Numbered from the stretch's first letter, positions 13,841-27,800 are shown. The stretch is DNA of 64,000 nt from Lytechinus pictus (GCF_037042905.1 NC_087246.1:2420001-2484000), one strand, 5' to 3'. Program-made: numbers and translations. The notes: generated by a model from the letters alone, not told the origin.

Positions 13841-15806
13841 TTACGATAAGACATAAATATCCTCTCCCCTTGCTCGGTTTGTTTCCTGCATCTCAAGATC
13901 TAACACTGGACGGTCTTGGATGGCGTAGGGTGTGGCGATCATCGACAGGGGGTCCTTCTTTTTTTTAATGTCTTTTCTAGAATGAGAGTAAAAAGAAAAC
14001 ACTATCAAGGAAATGTTCCTGTAAATAGGGCTTTCAAATTTTATTTGCTGCCCAAATTGATAGGAAATACTACCTACACCATGGGCATTGATTACTCGAT
14101 ACCAATATACAAGAGCAAAGGAGTGATGATCATATTATAGGGGAGGACAGAAAAAATGTCCATGGCGCAAGAGACAGTAAAAGTTGGAAAATGCAGACTG
14201 AAATGAAAGAATGGTTGCATGGCTTAAATTTAACTTTCCGATCAGTGCATATTTTGCTTACAGAGATACAATTTTACAGTTTCTCATCTAATCACCCTGA
14301 AAAAAGGGTAAACAAAGAGGTTTATTATAAGGCACATACGAGTCATTTGGAGAGAGAGCAAACTTATAAGTAGATCCCTGCAGAACAATATTAACATTAG
14401 CAAATAATTAGATTGATCAGAAGTTCACTTACTGGAGTCGTATGCAAACTGCCACCCAAATGATTACACTGATCAGTATGAGCAGTGCAAACCCAGCTGA
14501 TATAGCAGCTACTTGCTCTGGAGAGTAATGAAAAGTGGTCAGGGAAGGAAAGGAATAAGAGGAGAGAAGTTAGGAGGAAGGAGAAAAAGATGAGAGAAAT
14601 AGAATAATGATTACAGGGTATATATGAATGATTAATTAATCTTAATGCTATATGTCAACTTGAATGATACCAGGGGAGTGTTTCATCAACATTTTCATCC
14701 GACAAGTTGTCAGATCTGACATCTTTCTCTGATGTTGATTGGCTGAGAGGTACTGTTACTATGGTAACTGTCGGATAAAATGGGACTTGTCGGATAAAAC
14801 GTCCGACAAGTCCTTTCATGAAACGCTCCCCTGATCTGACAACTTTCCTTGATTTTGATTGGCCAAGAAGCAATGTTACTATGGGACTCGGATAAAGTGT
14901 CTGACAAGTCCTTTCATGAAACACTCCCGAGCTGTATAACTGTCCAGGCCCACACAAAGGTTAGCGATTGACTGTTAAATGAAATGACCTATCAAGAATA
15001 TTGTTACATGCGAATTTTTGCTCAACAGTCTTACTATGAATAGAGTAGAATTGCTCTTTCAAATTAGCGATTAGTTAGCGACCTTTGTGTTACGGGGACC
15101 AGGGGCCTGTAACAGAAAGCTTAGCAATGATCGTAGAACATTTTCCTACAATTGATTGCATTGACTACAATGTACTATCAATCATGAAAATCAAGCGTAC
15201 GATTAATCGCTAATCTTTGTGTTACGGGGACCAGGTGGGTGTTATGACGCTGTTAGTAAGTTATGAGTAACTTTACAAAAGACTGGTGGACCTATCTTGA
15301 AGTAAATTATGTGCACCAAATTTTCATTGGTGTGGATTAAGCTACTAAGAGTGGATCACCAGGTGTATCTTACAGCTTTATGAAACACCCACCATAAAGC
15401 TGTAAGTTACAACTGGTGATCCACTGGAGTTATTACCCCCAAATGGAACTCATATAATAAGGTCCGTTAGGATGATAACAAAATCATCAGTTTTTCCTGA
15501 CAACTTTCATAGCAAAAATAAATTGGAAATGTACAAATGGATTGCAGAATCTGTCCAAATAATCGTATTTTCTATCAAGAAAAGGTCCCACTTTCAAAAT
15601 ATCATTACTTAAAGAAACATGGTTTTAGAAAAATCGGTTTTACATATTCTCACTAAGAATAATAGTTTTGGAGCTGAGATACGTACCTACAGTTATCCCA
15701 GATAATGGATCATCACGAGAGTGAGTTGTCTCAGGAGGTGAAATGCCTGGTGAAGTTGTACGAATAGCAGATTGGGTTGTGGAAATTGTCGGAGGGTTGC
15801 TCTGAT
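13841..15806 (-). CDS. Stalk, transmembrane and cytoplasmic exons of the Reeler-EGF protein
   Basis: 15687..15806 [40 protein letters not shown]; 14433..14517 [28 protein letters not shown]; 13841..13976 [49 protein letters not shown]. A hydrophobic helix is followed by a basic stop-transfer segment, and splice phases are compatible. Confidence 0.8.
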
Positions 15807-18800
15807 CTGTACAACATGAAATTGAAATCAAAATGTCAAACATTGGTACATATTTTAGTATGAAACGGTATACTGATATTTTACCTTCTAGAACTTTGTC
15901 AACGAATTAATTCATTCTTTATTGTAGAGATATTATATTGTGCTCACCCAAACCCGTACATTGTTTTGGTAGAAATCAATTAAGTTGAAATTTGGGTTTG
16001 ACTTTGGAACTTTCGAACTAGTTGTATGGGGGTATAAAAATACTAATCATTTCCAGCTCCAATCTGAGATGTTTTTTTTTCTCATTGAATAATCTAATGG
16101 GTTAAATGGGGAACCTTTCCCTGGGCTCCACTTTTCAGGGAGGAGGTGCAATATAAGGTAGAAAATTAAAAGGAAATTAAAGGGTAAAACAACATCTAAT
16201 TCGGGGAACAATATAAAAGTCACAGCCTTAAAGTGTCATATTTGTATGGCACGATTTCAGAAGGGGCGCAAAAGAGTACCGAAGTGTGACGTCACGATGT
16301 CATGACAACGAACCGACTGGTTCTAAACTGAGTCGCAGCTGCACGATCGTCTATACACATTTGTATTTGCAAAATGGTGATGTATTTTGTTACCATCATT
16401 CTGAGAGTCATAACAGGGTGCAGTTTCATAAAGCTGTTCGTAAGTTAAGAGCGACTTTAAGAACGACTGGGGATCCTTTCTTGTGGTAAATTGTATAATA
16501 AACTGGCGATGGTTCAGCGTATAAGGATCACCAGTCGTTCTTAATGTCGCTCCTAACTTACGAACAGATATGAAACGGCCCCGGGTTCATTTGTTTAGAA
16601 CCAGGCCGCCATTAAAACCATGGCAACTGACGTCATCGCTTGCTTTGGTACTCTATCATTAATTAATTTGTTTGTAAACAAAATGGCTGTAAAGGGAAAA
16701 AGACATATTCCTTTCAATGTTTCCGTTTGAATAGTAATTCGAATCTGTGAAACTGAATGCAGCAGATCTTTAACTAACCTTCACACCGGGTTCCATAATA
16801 ACCAGCTTGACATGTACAAATAAATGAACCTTGACCATCAATGCAGGTTCCTCCATTTAGACAGGGGTTTGAATCACATTCGTTAATTACTGAAATGTAT
16901 AGAGCATAGTAGGGAAAGTGGAAAGTTTACATTTGTATAATCTTTTGAAATGTGTGTGGCTGAACATCTTTTTATCCTAATAAGACTGGTGGTATTTTGG
17001 AAGGTGGCAAGACCATGAAGACGGGAAAGGGTAGAGGGAAGGGTCAAAAGGGCCCCTTGAGATCTCGGCTGTTGATCGCACGAAAACCATCGGTGACAGC
17101 TGACCGTGTTCCAATATCAGTAGAAATACATAAGGCTACATATGTCCCTTTTCAAAACTTATTATAAATTAGATTATCACTCAGAATTTGAAATCATTCT
17201 CTAATTAATCACATCAAAATCGTATCATGTGCTTTTATTTCAGAATGAAACCTTTTCTTTTGATTTAAATTTCGCCTCTGTAAGCTGGATGCAGCAGATC
17301 TTTAGTAATTACCTTCTTCACACCAGGGTCCAGAAAACCCGATTTTACATGCACAAATTAATGAACCTTGACCATCAATGCAGATTCCTCCATTTAGACA
17401 AGGGTTTGATGCACATACGTTAATGGCTCAAATGAATTGATAGCAACAGAGAGAAATTTCATATTAACATATGTATACTCTTGGAGAAAATGATGCAAAA
17501 GTTCAATATTTGCGCAGTTAATTTATTCGGCAATAAATATACTGAAATCACGTTTCATCCGGGATCACTCACAGACCCACAATTGATCTCTGGACTATTA
17601 CAGAATGAGATAACATAACTCTTTCTAAAACCATTTGAAATCAAAAGATCCCGTGGTTTATAATCTACTCTCTGATTGGAAAACAGTGGTAAATAACACA
17701 ACTAATTATTTAGAGGCAAATTTGTCCATGTGTTGCCTAAATACAATGTTTAGCAAACATCGACAAGTTCCTTAATTCACTGAAAATCACCTCGGGCCTA
17801 TATTCAATTTTGGTTGTATGACATTTCCTCTTGTTCAGGCAGATACCACAATTTAAAAAAAATCATGAAAAGAGAACTAGATATTCTAAACGAGTATGCT
17901 TATAGACCTTGAAATATTAAATAAATAGCTCGAGAGCAGTAATGATATGTATACAGTATTTGAGTTGATAAAATATGAATAGTAATATACTTGCTTGGGT
18001 CTGGTTGTTCACACAAGTTTCCCCCAAATCCATCGACACAATCACAAAATGATAGGCCAAGCTCAGAAATACAAGTTCCTCCATTCATACACAGATTAGG
18101 TAAACAACTCGACGGAGTTTCAGTCGCTGGATGGGATATTGAAAACATATCGTTGATTTAACCCAATCGGGATGCTTACATGTACATGTATTGCATTAAG
18201 TTACGGAATATTACAACAGCCGCGGATGAGGGCAATATTCACGGTGATAGGATAAAATCAGGTACGAAAATACACCAGGGACGGACTGTACCAGAAGTAG
18301 AATGTAGAAAAAAAAAATGACGTAGAAGAGTAGGATAAGTTGAAACAAAAAGTATTGAGCTCGATCAAAGAATGATATTAGATTTCTTAATAATTTGATA
18401 ATGAAATCAAATAAAAACTTTTAATCATTCTCTTTCAAACAAGGATAATTTATATAATCATGGGCATAATACTGAAAGGCAGAACATTAGGTTATTAGAT
18501 ATGATATTTGCATGTTAAATATATATCTGTATTGAAAATAAAACACGAACTGACTTGCAATCAACATAATACTTTTCTAACATTCGTTCTAGTTTAAAAT
18601 TCTCTTATAATATTAAAGAAGAAAATGAAGGAATATATACAGTGCGTCCCACAAAAAAAGGAAACCCGTTTTCAGAGATAAATTTCACAATTATTAAATA
18701 TATTTTTACTATAAATTTGATTTTATAGTAAAAATGTATTTGATAATTGTGATAAGTATCAAATTTATAAGTAAAAATATATGTAATAATTGTGAAATTT

Positions 18801-21800
18801 TATCTCTGAAAACGAGTTTCCTTTTTTGTTGGACGCACTGTATATATTCCGTCATTTTCTTCTTTAATATAAAAAAAGAAAATCATGGCAAGAGTGGAAT
18901 CTCATCTTTAATTTGAGACCAACAGCTTAGCAAATAATTCACGCATGGCGGTCTACAAACAATAAATATTAAGGCCTATCAGAAAAGATTTGTGCAGGAA
19001 CTCACGTACGAATCTGAATAGACTCATCATTTCAGGGATCAGTGAGAGAAATTTTGAACAAAGAATACAAAAGAAATGCTAATGAGTGAAACTTCGAATA
19101 AGCACGGTTGTCGTATCACGACCCAATCTTGTCCAATTTTTTTCTGCGCATCCTGATTTTGACATCAAATTTTAAAACTCGTCTTGCTCATTTATTCGTG
19201 AAGTGTTTGTCACATTTTATGTGTCAAAATGTAAAAGAATAACTGAATTGTATGATGATATAAATGGAATATCATAATTAATTTGCCTTTGAAAAAAAAT
19301 ATGTCGGAATTCCGGTTTCCTTTTTTCTGGGACGCACTGAATATATAAAATCAACTGTAAAAAGTAGAAATACTGTACATGTATACACATCTATACATGT
19401 ATATTGACTTCAGAGGCAGATATGGAATATAATGATATATATTAAATGAGACGTACATATAGTAGTAACTACGTCTATATCACATAACTCTCCGGTATAG
19501 CCAGGTAAACAGATGCAGGAGAATGGAGGATCTGATATAGATGACGGCAGGCACAATCCATCGTTCTTACACGGGTTGCTAGCGCACACTTCTGACGTCA
19601 CAGCTGAAATACAAGTGTTTGATTCAAATAAAGATAACAGTTGTAGCAATAATTTTTTATTTTATTTTTTTACAAACAGGAATAAAAAATGATGGATTTT
19701 TTGTTAAATGTTGTTTTTGTTTTAATTTCATATATGACCAGACACAAAATTTCGTTACTACGCTCTTAAAATAAATGGCAAGGAGTAAGACATTGATTCA
19801 CTATTTGAAACCACTGGACACTATTTCATGAACCTCAGAACTTACAAGTTGTCAATCATTGACCATTAACACAAACTCAGTCATGGACGAATGCATTAAT
19901 ATCAGCAAATCAATGATTTTACTATAATGGTAAGATTTGTCAGTTTAAAAGGAACGGTAATCATAAAAAATAAAACTGTTGCTATAGTTACCTGTTTGGC
20001 AGACGACACCGGTATATCCAGCAAGACAGGTACAAGTGAATGGTAAAGTTTCTCCAGGAGAAAGACTACAAGATCCATCGTTTAGACATGGGATACTAGA
20101 ACATGGATCTTGATTGAGAAGGGCGAAAAACAATCGTGTGTTCAAAATGTATGCCTTACGAAAATATTTTATTATGAAATAGCTATTGTCTGGAATACCC
20201 TCAGTCAATCCCTTCATTAGATTACATAAAAAATCTATGGGTTTCAAATTATGTTATAAAGATTCTTGCATTTGGTAAATTTCAAGAAACAGACCTGTTT
20301 TCACTAGTTGCATACCGTAGTATCATACAGAGTTTACCAAAGATTATTGTACGACAGATGGTCAATACTAGTGGAAGCTAGTATTTATAATTTTGTGAGT
20401 TTGTCGTTGAAATTAACGTGGTCTCTCCCTTCCCCCCTCCAATTGTTTTGACTCTCTCATGCGTCGAGTGCATGTTCTGACGTGAATCAGCTGTAAGAAG
20501 TGGCATTTAAAGCTGAATGAATAAATGTCATTTATAAATCACAATTGCACCAATAATTATCTAATTCTACTGGACTAAACAGTTCCACGGCCAAGCCGAC
20601 TCTTTCATTTTCCTTTCTCCTTCTTCTGTTGTATCCTTTCTATCTCTTGAAAAATAATGAGTACAGCCCTCTCCCCAAGATTTGAAAATAAGAATCATGT
20701 TTAATGCACCTGTTTCGCAAAACTGTCCACCATATCCAGGAGGACAAATGCAAAAGAATGGAGGGTCGGAACCTGAAAGGGGATTGCAAGATGCTCCATG
20801 CATACACGGGTTACAAGCACACTGATCAGAAGCTGTTAACAGGACCGGAAGATAAAACAAATGAAAATTGAAAAAAAAATGCATTTAGAGCGAATTCAAA
20901 TAAATGTATTCAACAATACAAATTAGGTAAATATTATATGAACTTGGAAACAAAATAGTTAGACAAATCCTTAAAGTTGGGTCATATAGACCATGAAAAA
21001 CTTAAAGTAGAGTTACTTGATTAAGTATCAAAAAGGTAATTGCAGGCCTACTGTGATTTATAAAAATACTTCTAAATATCTCAAGACAAGATTTTTTTTT
21101 TCAAATAAAAACTTGAATCTACCGCTTCAGATCAGAGATTAAACATTAAAAACAATTGATAGACAGCGTAGCATAACATTCCACAACTTAGCATAATACG
21201 AAAACACATATAAATACTGTTAATAGGAATACGGAAATTATGAATTAAATGCAACGTAGGAGGAAGAAACGATAACAAACTATATATGATAAGAAGAAGA
21301 AAAAGGAAGGAAACGAATGAAACGAGAAAGAAAAAAAAGAATAATGAGAACAAAAAAGAAGAAGAGGTTAGATTCACACAATGAAATTAATAACAATAAA
21401 TGAATGCTTTTCGAAATGAATACCATTCCGAGTGTGTACAAGATAAGGTGTTGAAAGAAATTGGTAAGTGATTACATACTAGCTTCTAGATTTAGTTAAC
21501 ATGATTAGTAAGGTATCACCTATTTGACACGTGATACCAGAATATCCAGATGGGCAGTCACAGGTGTAGCTTAGACTTGATCCAAGGGAAATGTTACAAT
21601 TTCCTCCATTCAGACAGGGGCTACTAGAACATTGATCTAGAGGAATAAAAGTAAGTGCGGTCGACATATCCCTAATGAATATGCCATTAGGAGTATGAAG
21701 TAAATTAAAGACCGAATGTTCGAGATGCAATTGCAAGTGCTAATTTTTATTTACCTGATTATCAACATTTTGTTACGATTTGGCGATTTTTTGTTGACTC

Positions 21801-24800
21801 ATTCATTTATATCAATATTTCGATCCAATAAGTTATCTATTCATCCATCAATTAATTTATTTATTCATTTGTTCATTCGTTAATTGATAAATAAATCATT
21901 TGAATAATTCATTCATTCATCCATCTAGCATGTCTAGTAATTCATTCGCTTTACTGTCCAAGGTTTTATTTTCTTTCCTACCGGTTTATCATAGAAAGAA
22001 ATCTCATTTCCAAATGGCAGGGTAAGATTCATAAAGTGTACATTAACTCTTTCAACAACAAAAAATCTGTGGCAGATTGCCAAGTGGAAAATCCCTAAGA
22101 ATCATCGACTAAAAAGTAAATTATAAGAATTAATTAATGAAGTTTGATGATGTTAAAATACCACTACAAACCTATTTCGCAGAACTGTCCACTAGATCCT
22201 TCCTGGCAGATGCAAAAGTATGGAGGGTTCGAGTTGGGAAAAGGACTACAAGATGCTCCGTTCAGACACTGGTTGCTTGCACAGAGATTTGGAGCTGGTA
22301 ATAAAAGATAAATAAAAGACAATTAAAATCAAAGAGACGTGTAAGAATGGAATCAGTATATTCACTTTCTTACTGACCCCAGCTAGGAAATATATGAATT
22401 AGCTTCGTATCAGAAAATGATATTGTACCTCGTTTGTTATACTGAGTATGCTAAAGATTGTGAACCTTTATAGGAGAGCAAAAAAAAAGCTTAAGTAAAT
22501 TTGCCACGAATAATTGACTTTTATCAAATCATGTAAATTAAGTTTGTTTAAGTTTTCCAAACACCATGATCAATCGACAGAGTACGGTACTGTACACGTT
22601 GTACTTCTTAATCATAAAAACTTAAACGAGTGAATGTTGTTCACATAAACTTTCTAGACAGACAATCCAGTTTAACAGGCAACAGTTTAGCATTACCCAT
22701 CACCATCATCATCGTCATCATTACCACCACCACCACTTCCCAATTTTATAACAAATGTCATCATTGTCATCAACCTCTTCATCATATTTTGTAAAGATAA
22801 TAATCAAATCAAATAATGTTAATATTTTACTGACATTAATGATAGTTAAATTCTAAAATTCATACCCATTTGGCAAGTGTCACCAGTGAAACCATCGAGA
22901 CAGTTGCAGTTGTAAGGGAGACTTGATCCAGGTGAAGGGTTACAAGTTCCCCCGTTCAGACAAGGATTACCAGAACATGGATCTGGAGCTAATAAGAATT
23001 AGATGAATAACTCATCACAGAATAGAAAATGATAAAAGTGTTCATCAAATGATGCAAATAATCTAAAATAGCGTTGGGCCTCCAATTGATAGGTAAACGG
23101 ATTACCAGTCCACATGAAGAAAAACCTACATGATCCCAACTACAAGAGACAAACGCGGAGATAATGACCTCAGGTTTGGATTTTCACGACATCGAACATG
23201 CCAAAGAGGTCCCGAGACTGTCTGTTTTCGAAATTTGTAGGGTTCTCTGTTGAAACGATTATTCGAACCCTGTCAGTTGAATGGAAATATATATTGTGAG
23301 ATTTTTTAAATGAGTTGTATAGTAAACTGAATTCACAGAACGAAAATACGAACCAGTTTGGCAGAACTGTCCGCTATACCCAGGTTGACAACTGCAGAAA
23401 TATGGCGGGTTGGAACCTGGAAATGGGTTACAAGATCCTCCGTTCATACATTGGTGACTTGTACAGCTACCTAGAGCTGGATAAACAGATTTCAAAACTG
23501 TGCTGTAAAAGACGTCGCGATAAGACAATGCAGGAAAAATATTTACTTGAGCTTTTTGTTCACATGTCAGAATTACATGCAAATCTCTTGCTATGTGCTC
23601 TGCTCACCATATACATTTAAAACTGGGTCTTTTTGTAAAGGTTTTTGTCTATATGTTTGTACATTGAGTTGTTTACTGATTTTCTTTCGCAATAGATTTA
23701 TTTTTCTTACTTTTTATACGATGATATTCCTTTTTACAATAAAAATAACGATCATGTTTGCTTTAATACACATCACTTACTTGACTAGAAGTCTCTGAGC
23801 GCTTTTGAAATAATCATTATTTACATTTGCTTTAGCCATGTTAGCAGAGTTTGAGTAAATGATGGTTGATATGTTCCATCAACGTGTGATACCATCACTG
23901 ATTCTCTTTTTAAATTGATGCAGTTAATTTGTATCTTTACGAGAAACGAAATACTCAGTTCACTGAAAAGAAATTGTTGTTTTCTCATATATGAAAAAAT
24001 CCGAATGGGGCTTCTGCAAGTACAATACAAATGCTTACCTGTTTCACAGACATCACCGGTATATCCAATTGAGCAGTTACAAGTGTACGGAAGGCCATCT
24101 CCAGGAGAAAGGCTACAAGATCCGTCATTTAGACATGGGCTACTAGAACATGGATCTAAGCAAAAACGAAATTGTTAATAGATGGTAAAATTGAAATAGA
24201 ATGACACTAAGGATAATGACAATGGCATGCTATTAGAATATTCATAGAGTGATAAAAACTCGTAACATCAGGACAAATTAAACATTTAACCCACGTTTTT
24301 TAATTGTCTATTCTTACTATTGCACAAAGAATGGATATACAAACCAGTTTGGCAGAACTGTCCACTAAATCCAGGTTGACATAGACAGAAGTATGGCGGG
24401 TTGGAGTTTGGAAAAGGACTACAAGATCCTCCGTTCATACACTGGTTATTGGCACAAAGATCCAAAGCTGGTAAGAGAGAAAATATTAAGACCATTGTTG
24501 ATTTTCAATGCGCACATATCAACATTCAATTTGTAGGTATTACCTACTCCACAGAGCATATTCTATATCTTAGATTACCCAGGCTGGTATACTACACTAA
24601 TTTAGACAAGACTGGTTCCAGGACCAAGACTAACCGGTTAAGACGTGAGCTAATGCAATAATGAGGAATTTAGATTTTAACTGAATCCAAATGGACTGGG
24701 CTGTCTTGGCCGCTGTTAGCGAGATCGAGTCAAAATATGGCACGCACATTTTTTAAACATAAACTTTATAAAAGCAAAGTGTTAAAAAGAAGTGTTCGCC

Positions 24801-27800
24801 AAATAATTGAATTTGATTTTGAAGCAATAAAATATATAATGATGAAGAAATAATTGAATTTCTAATCATTATGAAACAAATATGCAAATTCATTCGGGGA
24901 AAAATCATTTGCACATTTATATGTATTGTCAGGTTGGCACAAAGAAACTAAATCGAAAGTCATATTTGTCCTTGTGTGTATCTTCTTTTTTCTTTATTTG
25001 GCTTGTTTTTGATTGTTTTTCAATGAAAATTATAACAGGTTATTTAACAATTATATCTAACCCGAGTTATTAAATAGATCAATTATGATGAAATATAATC
25101 ATGATTTTATGAATTTCATCACCCAATTATTACGTACATATACATACTAAAAAAATGAGGAATTTTTGACCTGACATTGTCTCTTTAAAATGGTCACATT
25201 GCTTAGGGACCCGGGAACGATTTTTTGAAAAAGAGGAAAATATTTTCTAAGTGGGTGTGCTAGTTTGTTAAGAAACATCTGACAAGAAAAAAAAGTTTTC
25301 ACTCCAAATGAAGGTGACTTGGGCCAAGAATAAATTGACTAGCAAAAATTTAAACAAATAATTAAAGGGTTTCACTCACAAATAAATGTTATTTAGGTAA
25401 AACATCTACAATGTTGCATACCAACTTCATTCCCAGGGAAAATCCAGGGCCATGGCGATATCATATGTTTATGCCACGAATTTTTTCTCTAATGATTCTG
25501 ATATTCAAAGTGTTACCCGTTTCACATTGGTTCCCGATATGTCCAACTGAGCATGTACATGTGTAGGGAATATTAGGTCCAGGAGAAGGGCTACAAGTTC
25601 CTCCGTTTTGACAGGGGCTACCAGAACATGGATCTGCAGCTGGTGTAATAAAAGTGAGTTAAAACAAACAGGATTTTAAATACGAAGACAACAATGGCAC
25701 ATTCACAAATGACACATGATACAAGTATCATTTGCATATTGCATATCGCTACTAAGTCAATTGATAATGGGGAAATTGAAGAAAAAAAATGGTTAAACAA
25801 ACCTATTTCGCAGAACTGTCCGGTATATCCAGGTTGACAATTGCAGAAGTATGGGGGATTGGAGCCTGGAAAGGGGTTACAAGACCCACCGTTCCGGCAA
25901 TCGTTATTAGAACATAGATCCACACCTGTTTATGGAAACGGAAAAAATGTCATTGGATTGGTTTTAAAGATACGTGTATTCCATTTTATTCCATGCTTAA
26001 TTTATTCCCAATAAAAACCAATACAAAACATAGAGCATAGACCCCGGGGAATTTCACAAATCTAATCGTAAGTAACGAAAGACTGGTGATCCTTTCCTTT
26101 GAGCTAAATCGACCCCATTGAAAACGTGGGTCAAATTGTTTAACCGAAGAAAGGGTTACCAGTCGTTACTCGGAACTTACGAACAACTTTATGAAACGGC
26201 CCCTGATTGTATTGTGAGTCTTACATGCTCAATTGTGAAGATAGATACAGACATAGTGACGCTGAAATTCAAAGTTACAAAGTGTTACCTGTTTCACATT
26301 GGTTCCCGATATACCCAACTGAACATGTACAAGTGTAGGGAAGACTAGGTCCAGGATAATTGCTACAAGTTCCTCCGTTCTGACAGGGGGCACCAGAACA
26401 TGGATCTGGAGCTGGGGTAATAAATGTAAATGAGGTAAAACCTAAACAAACCGAAATTTATAAATACCCAGACAACAAATGGAACATGAGACATATCATT
26501 TGCATATTGGACCCCGCCATTAAGTCAATCAAACAATTGGCAATTGAACAAAAAATGTTTACACAAACCTATTTCGCAGAACTGTCCAGTATATCCAGGC
26601 TGACAATTGCAGAAGTATGGGGGATTGGAGCCTGGAAAGGGGTTACAAGACCCACCGTTCCGGCAATCGTTATTAGAACAGAGATCCACACCTGTTTATG
26701 GAAACAGAAACAAAATGTGAAATTGTATTATTTTTAAAGAGACGTGTACTCAATTCAATTCACTATTGTATTTAAATCCAATACAAATCAATATGAAATA
26801 TAGAACGTAGTGATAAATATAATAAGGCAAGCAAACGCAAAAGCAAATAGCATAATAAACAGATAAATAAGGTAATACAATGATACAATAGTATTTGAGT
26901 TGGGTGATCATAAAAATCTCGAAGGTTTGTATAAAGACCCACCCCTTTATGTAAATAGGTCGTATTAAATTACAACATTACATGCATGTAATGAAAATTT
27001 AAGTGATGGTATACAATTCAGTAATTAAAAGGATGAAGTATTTGTATATCAGTGAAAAAAATACATATAAACACATTTAAATTGACAATCCATCACACAG
27101 CGACCGAGGAAAAATGTTTTATTTTCCCATACTAATGATTAATTCTTTCATTCATTGAATTACCTACGTAATATTACCTACGTAATGTTAATTAACAAAT
27201 ACCTGGAGCTAGGTGTCAAAAAAAAATTCGAATATAATTTTATACACTGTCCATGAGTTGTATTTATCTTCTTTTTTTTTGCTTCCTGTAATGTAATCGC
27301 GTACATTTGATTTTAAATCGAGCATTGACGACAGTGAGTTTTTGAATTAGATTTCTTGAATGTTTAAAAAGTAATATTGAGGTAAAAGTTAAGCTGATAG
27401 ATATTTAGAACACTTATTTTTCACAAACCTTTCTCTAGCTTGGGTCAGTAAGAAAGTGAATATACTCGAATAACTCTATAATATATAACATAAACAATCT
27501 ACTTAGTTTTGAAAGGTATGCATTGCCCATACTATGTTACAATAAAACAAATAAGGCAAGGCTGTGGTATTGCACAAAGTAAAAGAACGTGCCGAGGCAA
27601 GAAATTGTTGAGTTTGCGGATGATACCATTATTCTTGTATGCAGTGGCGGACCGTGACCCGGAGGAAACAAAGCATTGGAGGGGCACTGTATTATTTGTG
27701 AACAATGCTGTGCCCCTCCAATGCTTTGTCTCCTCCGGGTCACGGTCCGCCACTGCTTGTATGACATATCATATTAATTTGAAGAAATCCCGTTAGAATT

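Noticed and set aside
13841..13870. ITIM or PDZ-binding motif in the tail
   Set aside because: EDIYVLS does not fit (I/V/L/S)xYxx(L/V), and the terminal Ser is not a typical PDZ ligand.
27509..27796. Overlapping ORFs on both strands with near-identical peptides
   Set aside because: A consequence of the palindromic MITE at 27642..27755.
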